From an uncultured bacterium (GTDB lineage: Bacteria > Krumholzibacteriota > Krumholzibacteriia > LZORAL124-64-63), in assembly GCA_963732385.1 (NCBI GenBank), contig CAVSZB010000008.1, positions 320,001 to 384,000 on the forward strand: a DNA stretch of 64,000 nt, written 5' to 3'. How positions within the stretch are numbered: the first letter of the stretch is position 1; each line of letters starts with the position of its first letter. The position numbers and the translations under genes were made by a program. Shown in pieces: positions 9,791 to 21,580 of this stretch. Under the pieces are notes generated by a model that was not told the DNA's origin, searched no databases, and saw only the letters and a list, made by a program, of their open reading frames with translations.

Positions 9791-9828
9791 GAGTTCCGCG
9801 CCGGCTGTCAGGCGGAACGGCCGGCGCG

Positions 9829-11740
<1,912 letters not shown>

Positions 11741-11744
<4 letters not shown>

Positions 11745-12220
11745 AGCTCCACCTCCTCGCCCTGCGACCGCACCGTCACCTTGCCGGTATCGATGTGGAG
11801 CCGCGCCGTGCGCGACTTGGAACCGCCGACGTCCTCCGCGGCGATGATCACGCCGTTTTTCCAGAACAGTTTGCGCAGCACCGTGTAGTTGCGCTGTCCG
11901 ATGTTGAACATCCCCTTGTCGTCGTAGAGGGCGCCGCCGCCGGTCACCTTGACCACGAGCGACTTCTTGTCGCAGCCGTGGCTGTACATCGCCTCGAAGA
12001 GCATCGGGATGCCGGTGTCGGCGAACATCGCCGGACGGTCCCTGGCCTTCTCCGGCGAGGTCTCCGAGAGCGGCAGCATGTAGTGGATCATGCCGCCGAC
12101 GCGGCGGGCCGGATCGTACAGCATCACCGCGATGCAGGAGCCGAGCGCGTAGGTGACCAGGACGGTTTCGGGATCGTCGCTGACCTGGGCATCGGCGATG
12201 TCTACGGTCAGGTTTGTCAC
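11741..12220 (-). CDS. cheD: Chemoreceptor glutamine deamidase CheD
   Basis: TYALGSCIAV, GGMIHYMLP, FADTG, IGQRN, EDVGG. GTG 12220 overlaps the cheR stop. Confidence 0.93.
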
Positions 12221-13083
12221 CTGCAGCTCCCGCAAGTCTCCGGCGCGGTGGCCGTCGCGCCGACTGTTGTGTGCGAATCCGGGCGCCGGTACACCGAAGG
12301 CTTCTGGGCGACGAGGCCCGTGCGCAGCCCGGTGAGCGTTTCCGCGTGGCCGATCATGAGCGGATCACCCGGGCCGAGCAGGCGTTCGATTTCACGCACC
12401 AGGCGCTCCCGCACCGGCGCGTCGAAGTAGATCATCACGTTGCGGCAGAACACCGCGTCGAAGGGACCCTTCATCGGGAAGGGGGGTTGCGAGAGATTGA
12501 GCCGCTGGAACACGAGCAGCCGGCGCACCTCGGGCCGGACGACCCAGGTTTCCCGGCCCGGAGCGCCGGGCTGGCGCTCGAAATATTTGGCGCGCTGGGC
12601 CCGCGTCAGTTTCTCGATCCGCTCCGTTTCGTACACCCCGGCGCGGGCCGTCTCCAGGACCCGCGTGGAGATGTCCGTGGCCAGGATGCGCACCGTCGTG
12701 GAGGTGCCCTCGAGCGCATCGAGCGCGGTGATCGCGAGGGAATACGGCTCCTCGCCCGTCGAACTGGCCGCCGACCAGATGCGCAGTTCGCGCCGTCCCT
12801 CGTCCGCACGCGCCCGCAGATGGGCGGCGAGCAGGTCGAAGTGGTCGGGTTCGCGCAGGAAACTGGTGAAATTCGTGGAGATGACGTCGAGGAACTGGAC
12901 CAGCTCCTCGCCGGAAGTGTCGGCCAGCAGGTATTCGAGGTACTCCCTGTCGCCCGCCAGCCCGAGTGCCCGGATCCGTTTGGCGATGCGCGCGCTCACC
13001 AGCGAGGCCTTGCCCTCGCTCAGGCGGATCCCGGCGCGCTCGTAGGTGATGTCGGCGAACTGGCGGAACATCTGGGCGTTCAT
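12217..13083 (-). CDS. cheR: Chemotaxis methyltransferase CheR
   Basis: STNFTSFLRE, IWSAASSTGEEPYS, ILATDIS, FCRNVMIYFD, IGHAE. Confidence 0.96.
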   Translation of the reverse strand: MNAQMFRQFADITYERAGIRLSEGKASLVSARIAKRIRALGLAGDREYLEYLLADTSGEELVQFLDVISTNFTSFLREPDHFDLLAAHLRARADEGRRELRIWSAASSTGEEPYSLAITALDALEGTSTTVRILATDISTRVLETARAGVYETERIEKLTRAQRAKYFERQPGAPGRETWVVRPEVRRLLVFQRLNLSQPPFPMKGPFDAVFCRNVMIYFDAPVRERLVREIERLLGPGDPLMIGHAETLTGLRTGLVAQKPSVYRRPDSHTTVGATATAPETCGSCR

Positions 13084-13178
13084 TCGCTTGCTCTCCGCTC
13101 ACTGGCGCGACCGGTGTGGTTGCCGGGGCGGGGCGTCCGGGATGACGCCCCGCCCGACCACAGGCCCGGAACGCCGGG

Positions 13179-16043
13179 CTAGAAGGTGGCCAGCTCCGTC
13201 TCGTCCTCGAGCGGGATCACCTGCGAGGGATCGAGCTGCCAGTCGCCGCCGGAGCGGGAGGTCGGCGGACGCTTCAACGCCTGTGGCTTCCGCTTCGCCA
13301 CCGGCGCCGCCGGACGCCGGACGGCGCCGCCGCCGGTGCCCGCCGGACGGTTGACGTTGAGCTGGAACCGGCCCACCATCCCCGCCAGTTCCTGCGCCTG
13401 GCCCGCCAGCTCCTGGGCCGCGCTCGAGCTCTCCTCGGCGTTGGCCGCGGCCGACTGCACGACCTTGTCCATGTCGGCCACCGCGGAGTTCACCTGGTCG
13501 ATCCCCTTGGACTGCTCGCGGCTGGCGGTCGTCACTTCGTTGACGATCTCCGCCACCTTGCTCACCGACGTCAGGATCTCGTCCAGGTTCCCGCCCACCT
13601 CGCGCGACAGCTTCTCGCCGCTCTCGGCCAGCGTCACCGACTCGTGGATCAGATCTTCGGTCTTCTTCGCCGCCTCCTTGGCCCGCTGCGCCAGGTTGCG
13701 CACCTCCTCGGCCACGACGGCGAACCCGCGGCCGGCCTCGCCGGCCCGCGCCGCCTCGACCGCGGCGTTGAGCGCCAGCAGGTTCGTCTGGAAAGCGATC
13801 TCGTTGATGTCGCGGATGATCTGCGCCGTCCCCTCGGACGCCGAGCGGATCTTGCCCATCGCGTCCATCATCTGACCCATCGACCCGGCGCCGCGGTCGG
13901 CCGCCGCCTTCGTCGCCTCGGTCAGCACCTTCGCCTGCTGCGTGTTTTCGGCGTTCTGCTTCGTCATCGAGGACATCTCCTCGAGCGAACTGCTCGTCTC
14001 CTCGAGCGACGAGGCCTGCTCGCTCGCCCCCTCGGCCACCTGCTGGCTGCTCGAGGCGATCTGTCCGCTGGCCGACGTCACCTGCTCGACCGCTTCGGCC
14101 ACCTGCGCCAGCGAATCGTGCAGCGCCTGCGCCGTGCGGTTGAGCGACTCCTTGATCTTCGCGTGGTCGCCGTGGTATTCGCCCTGCATGCGGGCGCGCA
14201 GGTCGTAGTTGGAGAGGGTCTCCAGGACCGCCGACGCCTCCTTGATCGGGTTGAGCACCGCGTCGAGCGTGGCGTTGACGCCCGCGACGATCTTGCGGAA
14301 GTCGCCCTGGTGCTGCGTCACGTCGGAGCGGGTGTCGAGACGCCCCTCCACGGCCGCGGTGGCCAGCAGATTGGCGTCATCCACCAGCCGCACCACCGCC
14401 TGCTTGAAGGCGTGCATGGCGGTCAGGATCTGCTGCAGCATCTCCCGCGCCGCCACGGTGTCCTCGTCGCCCGGTGCGAGGTCGATCTGCGCCGACAGGT
14501 CGCCGCCGGCCATCTGCGCCAGCGCGGAGGTGAGCTTGCGGGTCTCGGCGGTCTGGTAGTCGGCCACCTTCTGCATCTTGCGCCCCGCGAGCCGGATCTC
14601 GGTCTGGTCGGTCACCACTTCGAAGGCGCCGATGACCTTGCCCGCGCGGTCGCGCAGCGGGAGGCCGCTGTAGTGGATCTCGAGGTTGAGGTTGCCGGGG
14701 TGCGCGTCGGTGTCGGACGACGCCTCGCGCCCCTGTGACATGGCCTGCGCGCAGGCGCAGCGGCTGGTGCGGCAGTCGCTGGTGCGGAAGTAGTCGTGGC
14801 ATTTCTGGCCGATGACCTGGTCCTTGGTCATCCCGCCCACCCTGGCTCCGATGTCGTTCATGTAGCGGATCGTGAAGTCCTTGTCGATGACCATCGTGGG
14901 ATTCGGCATGCTGTCGATGAAGCCGGTCAGGGTGGTGACGGTCTGATTGAGACCGTCGACCACGCGTCGGAAGTCGCCCAGATGGCGCGAAGCGTCCGCG
15001 CGCGTGTTCAGAAGGCCCTGTTCCGTCGCCTCGGCGAGGGTGTTGGCGTCGGTCACGAGCCGGCTGACGGCGTCGATGCACTGGTTCAGGTTGTTCTTGA
15101 TCTCGTTGAAGTCGCCCTGATACTCGTCGGTGATCTTCTCCGGGATGTCGCCCTTGCTGATCCGGTCCACATACCCGGCGGCCATCTTCAGCGGGCTGAT
15201 GACGGCATCGAGAGTGGCGTTGAGCCCCTCGATGATCGGGCGGAACTCGAAGTTGACGAGTTGCACGTCGCCGCGGACGCCGAGTTTGCCGGACATGGCG
15301 GCGTCGCTCAGCCGTTTCGATTCTGCGACCAGCGTGCGCAGGATGCTGCCGATCGCCCTGGTCAGGACGAGGGCGAGGCCCATCAGGAGGAAGGCGCCGA
15401 TGATGAGGGCAGTGATCAGCGTGGCGTTCGCGGCGCGGGCGGTCTTGGCGGTCTCCGCGTTCGACGCATCGACGTCATTCTTGGTCAGCTCGATGAGATT
15501 GTTCAGGGCGGTTTCGGCTTTCAGGAAGTAGGGGCGCGCCGCCAGGGACGCCTCGACGGCGCTCGCGTCGAGAGCGGTCACGCGCGAGTCGTTCACGGAG
15601 ACCCCGGCGCCCACGAGGCGGTCCTTCTCGCGGGAGATGCGCACTACTTCGATTTGCGCCTGCTTCCATTCCTCCCAGAGCGGCTTGAAGGTGTTCCAGG
15701 CGGCGCGATCCTCGCTGTGCATGGGGATCGCCTCGAACGCCTGCCAGGCTTCGTCGATACGGGCCCAGGCCTTGTCGGCGTAGTCGTACTGGGCCTGGCG
15801 CACCTTGGGCTCCATGAACTGGCGGATGATCAGGCCGCGCTCGGCGACCCAGATCGATTTCTGGCTTTCGGTGATGTTCTGCAGATTGACCAGGCTTGGC
15901 ACGCTGATCGTAGTGACGGTGTCCATCTTCGTTTCGACGCTGTGCAGGGAAAAATATCCCACCGCGCCGACCATGAGCGATACGGCGATCGCAATGCCGA
16001 AACCGGCAAGGATCTTGGTTCCGATCTTCATACGACCCAACAT
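13179..16043 (-). CDS. Methyl-accepting chemotaxis protein (four-helix periplasmic sensor, HAMPs, PAS, signalling domain)
   Basis: Two TM segments, repeated HAMP-like GDF units, PAS-like segment, hairpin tip [35 protein letters not shown]-terminal [23 protein letters not shown] before ATG 16043. Confidence 0.96.
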   Translation of the reverse strand: MLGRMKIGTKILAGFGIAIAVSLMVGAVGYFSLHSVETKMDTVTTISVPSLVNLQNITESQKSIWVAERGLIIRQFMEPKVRQAQYDYADKAWARIDEAWQAFEAIPMHSEDRAAWNTFKPLWEEWKQAQIEVVRISREKDRLVGAGVSVNDSRVTALDASAVEASLAARPYFLKAETALNNLIELTKNDVDASNAETAKTARAANATLITALIIGAFLLMGLALVLTRAIGSILRTLVAESKRLSDAAMSGKLGVRGDVQLVNFEFRPIIEGLNATLDAVISPLKMAAGYVDRISKGDIPEKITDEYQGDFNEIKNNLNQCIDAVSRLVTDANTLAEATEQGLLNTRADASRHLGDFRRVVDGLNQTVTTLTGFIDSMPNPTMVIDKDFTIRYMNDIGARVGGMTKDQVIGQKCHDYFRTSDCRTSRCACAQAMSQGREASSDTDAHPGNLNLEIHYSGLPLRDRAGKVIGAFEVVTDQTEIRLAGRKMQKVADYQTAETRKLTSALAQMAGGDLSAQIDLAPGDEDTVAAREMLQQILTAMHAFKQAVVRLVDDANLLATAAVEGRLDTRSDVTQHQGDFRKIVAGVNATLDAVLNPIKEASAVLETLSNYDLRARMQGEYHGDHAKIKESLNRTAQALHDSLAQVAEAVEQVTSASGQIASSSQQVAEGASEQASSLEETSSSLEEMSSMTKQNAENTQQAKVLTEATKAAADRGAGSMGQMMDAMGKIRSASEGTAQIIRDINEIAFQTNLLALNAAVEAARAGEAGRGFAVVAEEVRNLAQRAKEAAKKTEDLIHESVTLAESGEKLSREVGGNLDEILTSVSKVAEIVNEVTTASREQSKGIDQVNSAVADMDKVVQSAAANAEESSSAAQELAGQAQELAGMVGRFQLNVNRPAGTGGGAVRRPAAPVAKRKPQALKRPPTSRSGGDWQLDPSQVIPLEDETELATF

Positions 16044-16158
16044 GACCGTTCCTCCCTTTGCTTCCATTCAAAGGGGGCGCTCGCGACCCAGTTCAGGTTG
16101 TCCGGTGCGAGGCCCGTGTTCATATCCCTCAGCCCTCGGGTTGCCGTCCGTGGGCTTA

Positions 16159-16701
16159 TCATTCGACTCCGTCGACTCTGGCGACTTCCAGCGACTCTTC
16201 CATGGTCAGGATGCGCCCGATGTCGAGCAGGAAGATCACGCGACGGTCGGCTTTGCCCACGCCGAGGATGAAGTCGCTCTGGGCGGTCGCCGCGCCGAAG
16301 TTCGGCGTCGGCTCGATCTGGTCACGCGCGATGCTCAAAACTTCGAGCACCTCGTCCACCAGGATGCCCATGGTGATGTCCTGGCCGGCCACGGCGTACT
16401 GGACGACGATGATGACCGTCTGATCCGTCGCCTCGGCGTCGGGCATGCCGAACTTCAGCCGCAGGTTCACCACCGGGATCACCTTGCCGCGCAGGTTGAT
16501 CACGCCGCTGATGCAGTCCGGTGCGCGGGGCACGCGGGTGATGTCCATCAGCCCGATGATCTCCCGCACCTTCAGGATTTCGAGCCCGTACTCCTCGTTC
16601 GCCAGCTTGAAGGTCATGTACTTGCCCTCGAGGGCGCGGGTCCGCGGGGCGTTGGCGCCTGGCGCGGGTCCGGCCTCGAGAAGCGCAGCCGCACTGCTCA
16701 T
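16159..16701 (-). CDS. cheW: Chemotaxis coupling protein CheW
   Basis: KYMTFKLANEEYGLEILKVREII...GVINLRGKVIPVVNL...GILVDEV; GGGAGG RBS. It is the C-terminal part of track ORF 16159..18810. Confidence 0.95.
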   Translation of the reverse strand: MSSAAALLEAGPAPGANAPRTRALEGKYMTFKLANEEYGLEILKVREIIGLMDITRVPRAPDCISGVINLRGKVIPVVNLRLKFGMPDAEATDQTVIIVVQYAVAGQDITMGILVDEVLEVLSIARDQIEPTPNFGAATAQSDFILGVGKADRRVIFLLDIGRILTMEESLEVARVDGVE

Positions 16702-16778
16702 GCCGATTCCTCCCTGTCGAAGCCGCGCTGCGCACGGCCTGCGTGGTGGACGGGATGGAAACCTAGTGACTTTCTCGG

Positions 16779-16805
16779 ATATCGGCGGCGGCACGGGCGG
16801 CTTGA
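16779..16805 (-). promoter_or_regulatory. Sigma28 (FliA/SigD)-type promoter of the che operon
   Basis: Minus strand reads TCAAG-N14-GCCGATAT about 80 nt upstream of cheW, matching the known TAAA/TCAAG...GCCGATA consensus. Confidence 0.7.
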
Positions 16806-16871
16806 TCGGGAATGTTCGGTCGGTCCGCGGGACCTGGCGGCGGGCGCCGGGGGGCGGTGCCTGCGGACAGA

Positions 16872-16899
16872 ATGGCGCCCCGCCTGGGCGGGGCGCCGT
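16872..16899 (-). terminator. Intrinsic terminator-like hairpin after the LeuC-LeuD fusion gene
   Basis: GGCGCCCCGCC/GGCGGGGCGCC inverted repeat followed by ATTCTGT on the minus strand. Confidence 0.55.
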
Positions 16900-16931
16900 G
16901 GGAAGGGCGACAGGGACCTGGTCGCGGCCGC

Positions 16932-18755
16932 TCAGGTCACGAGCAGACCGCCCCGCTGGTAGATGTCCAGCTGCACGGAGGAGAACGGTTCGCCCTGCGC
17001 CTCGCCGCCGGTCCAGGTGATCCGGCTGGTGGCGAGGTCGAGGGTGATCTCGTCGCCGTTGCGCAGGCCGCTGCTTATGAGGTCGGCCGTGACGAGCGGC
17101 AGGCCGGCGTTGATGGCGTTGCGTTCGTAGATGGCGCCGAAGCTCGCGGCCACGATGGCGGTCACGCCGAGGGTCTGGAAGCAGTCGACAGCCTGCTGGC
17201 GCGAACTGCCGCAGCCGAAGTTCTTGCCGGTAACGACGATGTCGCCGGGACGGGCCTCCTTCGCGAACGCCTCGAGGCCCGGCAGGTTGCCGAAGGCGTA
17301 CTGCCCCATCTGGGCCGGGTCGGTCACCGCGAGGTGGCGGTTGTGGTAGATCATGTCGGTGTCGATGTTGTCGTGACCGACGAGCCAGACCCGTCCGCGC
17401 AGGACGGTCGGTTTGCCGGCGGCCGGGGCCGGCGCGGCAGTCTCGCCGGCGGCGGCCGGCGCGGTCTTGCCCGACGGCGCCGCCGGAGCGACGGGCCGTG
17501 CCGCAACCGGGGCCGGGATGGCGTCGGCCCGCGCGATCACGCCGGAGACGGCGGATGCTGCTGCCGTTTCCGGGCTGGCCAGCCAGACCTCGCCCTTGCC
17601 CTGCTTGCCGGCGAAGTTGCGGTTGCCGGTCGAGACGGTGACTTCGCCGGGGCCGTTCTGGCCGATCTGGCCGGCGGCGCAGCCGGCGCAGCCGGGGTTG
17701 CCCACGAGCGCGCCGGCGTCGGTGAAGACCTTCACGAGCCCCTCGCGCAGCGCCTCCTCCCAGACGCGCCGGGTGGCCGGCACGACCTTCAGGATGACGC
17801 CCGGCGCCACCTTCCGTCCCGCCATGACGCGGGCCGCGGCGCGCAGGTCCTCGAGGCGGCCGTTGGTGCACGAGCCGATGAAAACCGAGTCCACCTTGCG
17901 CCCGGCGACCTCGGTCACCGGCACGACATCCTCGGGGTGGCCGGGCCGCGCGATCAGCGGCTCGAGCCGGTCCACGTCGATCTCGATGGTGTCGGCGTAG
18001 ACGGCGTCGGGATCGGGAGCGAGGGCCGGCCAGGCGTGTCCGGCGGCGCCGGCGCAGTAGTCGCGCACGCGGGCGTCGGGGGTGATGAGGATGATGATGG
18101 CGCCCATCTCCGTGCCGAGGCTGGCCACCGTCATGCGGCCGGCCAGGTCGAGCGCTTCGACGGCCGGTCCCGACAGTTCGGCGGCGCAGCCGAGCAGCCC
18201 GTTGGCGCCGAGGCGGCGCGCCATGGCCAGCGCGAGGTCCTTGGGGGTGGCCTGGGGACCCGGCGTCCCCTTGAGGACGACCTTCAGGGTCGGCGGCACC
18301 TTGAACCAGACCTTGCCGTCCGCCCAGGCGGCGGCGATGTCCTGGTCGCCCATGCCCTGCCCGAAGGCGCCCACCGCGCCCAGGATGTTGGCGTGCGAAT
18401 CGGTGCTGACGAACGTGCTGCCGGGGCCGGCCAGCCCCTCCTCGATGGCGAGGTGCGTGCCGATCCCCTCGGTGATGTCGCGCAGGCCGACGCCGCGCGC
18501 CCGGGCGAACAGCCGGCACTTGTGCTGGTTCGCGGCGTAGCCCTGGTCGCTGCCGCCGGGGTTGCAGTCGAACGTGAACAGCGTGCAGGCCGGATCGGCC
18601 ACCGTCAGGCCGTGCTTCTCCAGATGCTGCACGACGTTCGCGCCGCCGAAATCGCGCGCGGCGCGCACGTCGATGCCCACGTCCACGATCTCGCCGGGGA
18701 CGACCGTCCGTCCGGCATGGCTGGCGATGATTTTCTCGATCAGCGTCTGGCCCAC
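16932..18755 (-). CDS. Aconitase-family dehydratase: fused large (LeuC/HacA-like) and small (LeuD/HacB-like) subunits
   Basis: MGQTLIEKI, TDSH, IGSCTNGR, PGCAGC (4Fe-4S Cys), STGNRNF; Ala/Pro linker; NIDTDMI and GKNFGCGSSRQQA swivel domain. Confidence 0.9.
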   Translation of the reverse strand: MGQTLIEKIIASHAGRTVVPGEIVDVGIDVRAARDFGGANVVQHLEKHGLTVADPACTLFTFDCNPGGSDQGYAANQHKCRLFARARGVGLRDITEGIGTHLAIEEGLAGPGSTFVSTDSHANILGAVGAFGQGMGDQDIAAAWADGKVWFKVPPTLKVVLKGTPGPQATPKDLALAMARRLGANGLLGCAAELSGPAVEALDLAGRMTVASLGTEMGAIIILITPDARVRDYCAGAAGHAWPALAPDPDAVYADTIEIDVDRLEPLIARPGHPEDVVPVTEVAGRKVDSVFIGSCTNGRLEDLRAAARVMAGRKVAPGVILKVVPATRRVWEEALREGLVKVFTDAGALVGNPGCAGCAAGQIGQNGPGEVTVSTGNRNFAGKQGKGEVWLASPETAAASAVSGVIARADAIPAPVAARPVAPAAPSGKTAPAAAGETAAPAPAAGKPTVLRGRVWLVGHDNIDTDMIYHNRHLAVTDPAQMGQYAFGNLPGLEAFAKEARPGDIVVTGKNFGCGSSRQQAVDCFQTLGVTAIVAASFGAIYERNAINAGLPLVTADLISSGLRNGDEITLDLATSRITWTGGEAQGEPFSSVQLDIYQRGGLLVT

Positions 18756-18787
18756 GATTGAAGCCTCCAGGGTTGATGGAATCGGGA

Positions 18788-19609
18788 CTAGGCGTTCTCG
18801 CCGTCGTCATCGGAGTCGGACGCCGGGGCGCGGAAAACAGGCGATCGATTCTCGAGGAAGGCGGCCATGCCCTCCGTCGTTTCGTGCGCGGCCCAGCACT
18901 GCTGTTGCCCTTCGTATTCGAACGAGAGCATGGCGGTGAGATCGAACTGCGCGGCCTGCTGGGCGCCGAGCTTCAGCAGTCGGACGACCGGCTGGGGGAG
19001 CGCCACGAGCCGGGCCATCAGGAGGTCCAGCTCCTCCTCGAAGCGCTCGGCCGGCACCACCCGGTCGATCAGGCCGATCCGGGCCGCCTCCGCGGCGTCG
19101 AGCGTCCGGCCGGACCAGAGCAGTTCCAGCGCCCGCCCCGGACCGACCAGGCGCGGCAGAGTGTGCATCAGCCCCCATTCCGGCAGCAGGCCGCGGGCGA
19201 CATCGGGAGTCTGCACGGTGGCGGTCGTGGCGGCGATCCGGCAGTCGGCGGCGAGGAACAGGCCGAAGCCGGCTTCGCGCACACAGCCGGCCGCCGCGGC
19301 CACCACCGGCTTGCCATAATCCTGCAGGGCCATGACCGTTTTGCCGATCGCGTCGAGCCGCGGCGCGATCACGCTGAAGTCCTTGCCGGCGCATTTCAGG
19401 TCCGCCAGGTTTTCGAGGTCGGGACTCAGGTCGAATGGGCGGAGCCCGTCGCTGAGCAGGATCGCGCGCACCTGCGGGTCGTCCTGCAGGCGCAGCAGCA
19501 GGTCGAGCAGTTCGTCGCACAGGTCGCCGAGCGAGAGAATGTCCGGGGTGATCAGGGTCACCAGGGCCGCGCCGTCGCGGATCTCGCATTCGAGGTTTTC
19601 GTACTTCAT
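18788..19609 (-). CDS. Enoyl-CoA hydratase/isomerase (crotonase) family protein, divergent
   Basis: KPVVAAAAG, LAADCRIA, GLLPEWG, LPRLVGPGRALEL, AEAARIGLIDRVV, EGMAAFLENRSPVF. Confidence 0.85.
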   Translation of the reverse strand: MKYENLECEIRDGAALVTLITPDILSLGDLCDELLDLLLRLQDDPQVRAILLSDGLRPFDLSPDLENLADLKCAGKDFSVIAPRLDAIGKTVMALQDYGKPVVAAAAGCVREAGFGLFLAADCRIAATTATVQTPDVARGLLPEWGLMHTLPRLVGPGRALELLWSGRTLDAAEAARIGLIDRVVPAERFEEELDLLMARLVALPQPVVRLLKLGAQQAAQFDLTAMLSFEYEGQQQCWAAHETTEGMAAFLENRSPVFRAPASDSDDDGENA

Positions 19610-19843
19610 GCCTGTCCTTCCCGCCTGGCGCGGTCCATGCACTGTGCCCGGCCCGGGCGCCGGGGATCCCGTCCGGGCCGGCCTGCCGGCCGACCTGGAC
19701 AAGGCGCTGCATCGGGGCTAAGCTTGTCCCCTTGATGTTGTGACTCCGCCGCCCGGCGCGCAAGCGGTTCCCGGGCAAGGATCCCCACAGACCGACATCC
19801 TATCCGCGCAGCGGGAGCCTGGGAAAGGCAGCGTCGAGCCGAC

Positions 19844-20611
19844 ATGAATGCCGATCGGACGCGTGCGGGGGTAGCCCGCCCTTCCCGGCAGACGCCGTGG
19901 CGTCCGACTGCCGGCGCGCTCGGGCTGCTCGTACTGGTCGCTCTCGGGCCGCTCCCTGGCTCCGGAGCGACCATGCCGTGCCTGCCGCCGGCAGCGGTGC
20001 TCGCGGCTGCAGCGGCGCCCGCCCCGTGGTCAGCGGAGGCCGCGGCGGAGAGCCTGCTGGCGCGGGGGGAGCTGTCGCTCAGACGTGGCGAGGCCGATCT
20101 GGCGCTGGCCTGCTACCGCGAGGCGGCCGGCGTTCCGGGCCTGCGGGGGCGGGCGCTCTACGGGGAGGCGCGCGCCTGGCTGGCGCTCGGACAGGGCGAC
20201 CGCGCCTGCGGTCTGCTGCGCGACCTGCGCGACCTGCGGAACGAGGCCGATACGACGGTCGCGGGGCGTGACCTGATGGCTGCGGCGGCGGAACTGCTGG
20301 GCCGGACCTGCCTGCAACTCGGTCGCACCCACGCTGCGCGCGCCGTCTTCCTCGACCTGGCACGGTCCTGTCCCGACCGTCGGGAATGGGCGGTGGTCAT
20401 GGTCGGCCGAACCTACCAGAGCGAGGGGGCCTGGCGCGACGCATTCGCCGCCATCCGGCCGCTCCTGCGCGAGGGGCGCTATGCCCCGGCTTACGATCTG
20501 GCCCTGGCGATCTACTGGAAGCTCGATGCCGGCGCGCAACGGGAACTGACCGGCCTGTTGCGGGGATACCTTGGCGCTGCCGGCCGTAAATTCGCGGGCG
20601 GTGCACGTTGA
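19844..20611 (+). CDS. Hypothetical TPR-like helical protein, possibly exported
   Basis: Hydrophobic N-terminal segment and TPR-like repeats (ALYGEARAWLALGQGDRA, VMVGRTYQSEGAWRDA); overlaps the next gene's start. Start uncertain. Confidence 0.55.
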   Translation: MNADRTRAGVARPSRQTPWRPTAGALGLLVLVALGPLPGSGATMPCLPPAAVLAAAAAPAPWSAEAAAESLLARGELSLRRGEADLALACYREAAGVPGLRGRALYGEARAWLALGQGDRACGLLRDLRDLRNEADTTVAGRDLMAAAAELLGRTCLQLGRTHAARAVFLDLARSCPDRREWAVVMVGRTYQSEGAWRDAFAAIRPLLREGRYAPAYDLALAIYWKLDAGAQRELTGLLRGYLGAAGRKFAGGAR

Positions 20612-21516
20612 GGATCCTTGTCACCGGAGGCACCGGTCTCGTGGGGCGCGCCGTGGTCGGTGCGCTGGTCCGGCGCAAGGACGAAGTGATCTGCGTCACC
20701 CGGCACGAAACGCGCGCCCGCTCGCTGCTGCCGGTCGGCGTGGAATTCCTGGCCGCCGATCCGGCCGCGCCGGGTCCGTGGCAGGACGCTGCGGTCGGTT
20801 GCGACGCGATCGTCAATCTGGCCGGCGAACCGATCGCCGGCGGACGCTGGACCGCCGGCCGCAAGCGCCGCATCCGGCGCAGCCGTCTTGAAACCACCCG
20901 CAACGTCGCCGCCGCGGCGGCGCGCTCCGACCTCGTCAAGGTCCTCGTGAGCGCCTCGGCGACCGGATATTACGGTGACGGTGGCGAGCGGGCCCTCGAC
21001 GAGGGGGCCGAGCCGGGCCACGATTTTCTCGGCCGGCTCACGTTGGAGTGGGAGGAAAGCGCGCGCGCCGCGCAGGGGAGCGGCCTGCGCGTGGTCCTCT
21101 TGCGCACCGGGATCGTGCTGGCGCGCGAGGGGGGGGCCCTGCCCCGCCTCAGCCTGCCGCTGCGCCTGTTCGTCGGAGGACCGCTCGGCAGCGGCCGCCA
21201 GTATTTCCCCTGGATCCACCGCGACGATGTGGTGCGCATCGTCCTGTTCGCCCTCGACACGCCGGACCTGGCCGGACCGGTCAACGCCGTGGCTCCCGAT
21301 CCTCCCACCCAGGCCCAGTTTACCCGCGCCCTGGGCCGGGCGCTCGGCCGTCCCGCCTGGCTGGCGGTGCCGGCCTTCGCGCTGCGGCTGCTGACGGGCG
21401 AGCTGGCGGGCGCCCTGCTGGCCAGCCAGCGCGTCGTGCCCAAGGCGCTGCGCGCGCGGGGCTTCGCGTTCGAGCACGGGAATCTCGAGCAGGCGTTGCG
21501 GGAACTCTGCCGGTGA
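20608..21516 (+). CDS. TIGR01777-family NAD-dependent epimerase/SDR (YfcH-like)
   Basis: ILVTGGTGLVG, VNLAGEPI, SASATGYYG, LRTGIVL, GSGRQYFPWIH, GPVNAVAP, LASQRVVP. Confidence 0.93.
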   Translation: MRILVTGGTGLVGRAVVGALVRRKDEVICVTRHETRARSLLPVGVEFLAADPAAPGPWQDAAVGCDAIVNLAGEPIAGGRWTAGRKRRIRRSRLETTRNVAAAAARSDLVKVLVSASATGYYGDGGERALDEGAEPGHDFLGRLTLEWEESARAAQGSGLRVVLLRTGIVLAREGGALPRLSLPLRLFVGGPLGSGRQYFPWIHRDDVVRIVLFALDTPDLAGPVNAVAPDPPTQAQFTRALGRALGRPAWLAVPAFALRLLTGELAGALLASQRVVPKALRARGFAFEHGNLEQALRELCR

Positions 21517-21522
21517 AAGGCA

Positions 21523-21546
21523 ACGGCGCCCCCGCGGGAGCGCCGT
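21523..21546 (-). terminator. Hairpin between convergent genes
   Basis: ACGGCGCTCC/GGGGCGCCGT stem on the minus strand followed by TGCCTTTC. Confidence 0.45.
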
Positions 21547-21580
21547 CGCTGTCGGCAACCTGGGGCCGTGTCCGCTGCCG

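Noticed and set aside
16159..18810. 883-aa ORF suggesting a giant CheW fusion
   Set aside because: Only the last 180 aa are CheW, with their own RBS and promoter; the rest is an off-frame overlap of the LeuC-D gene.
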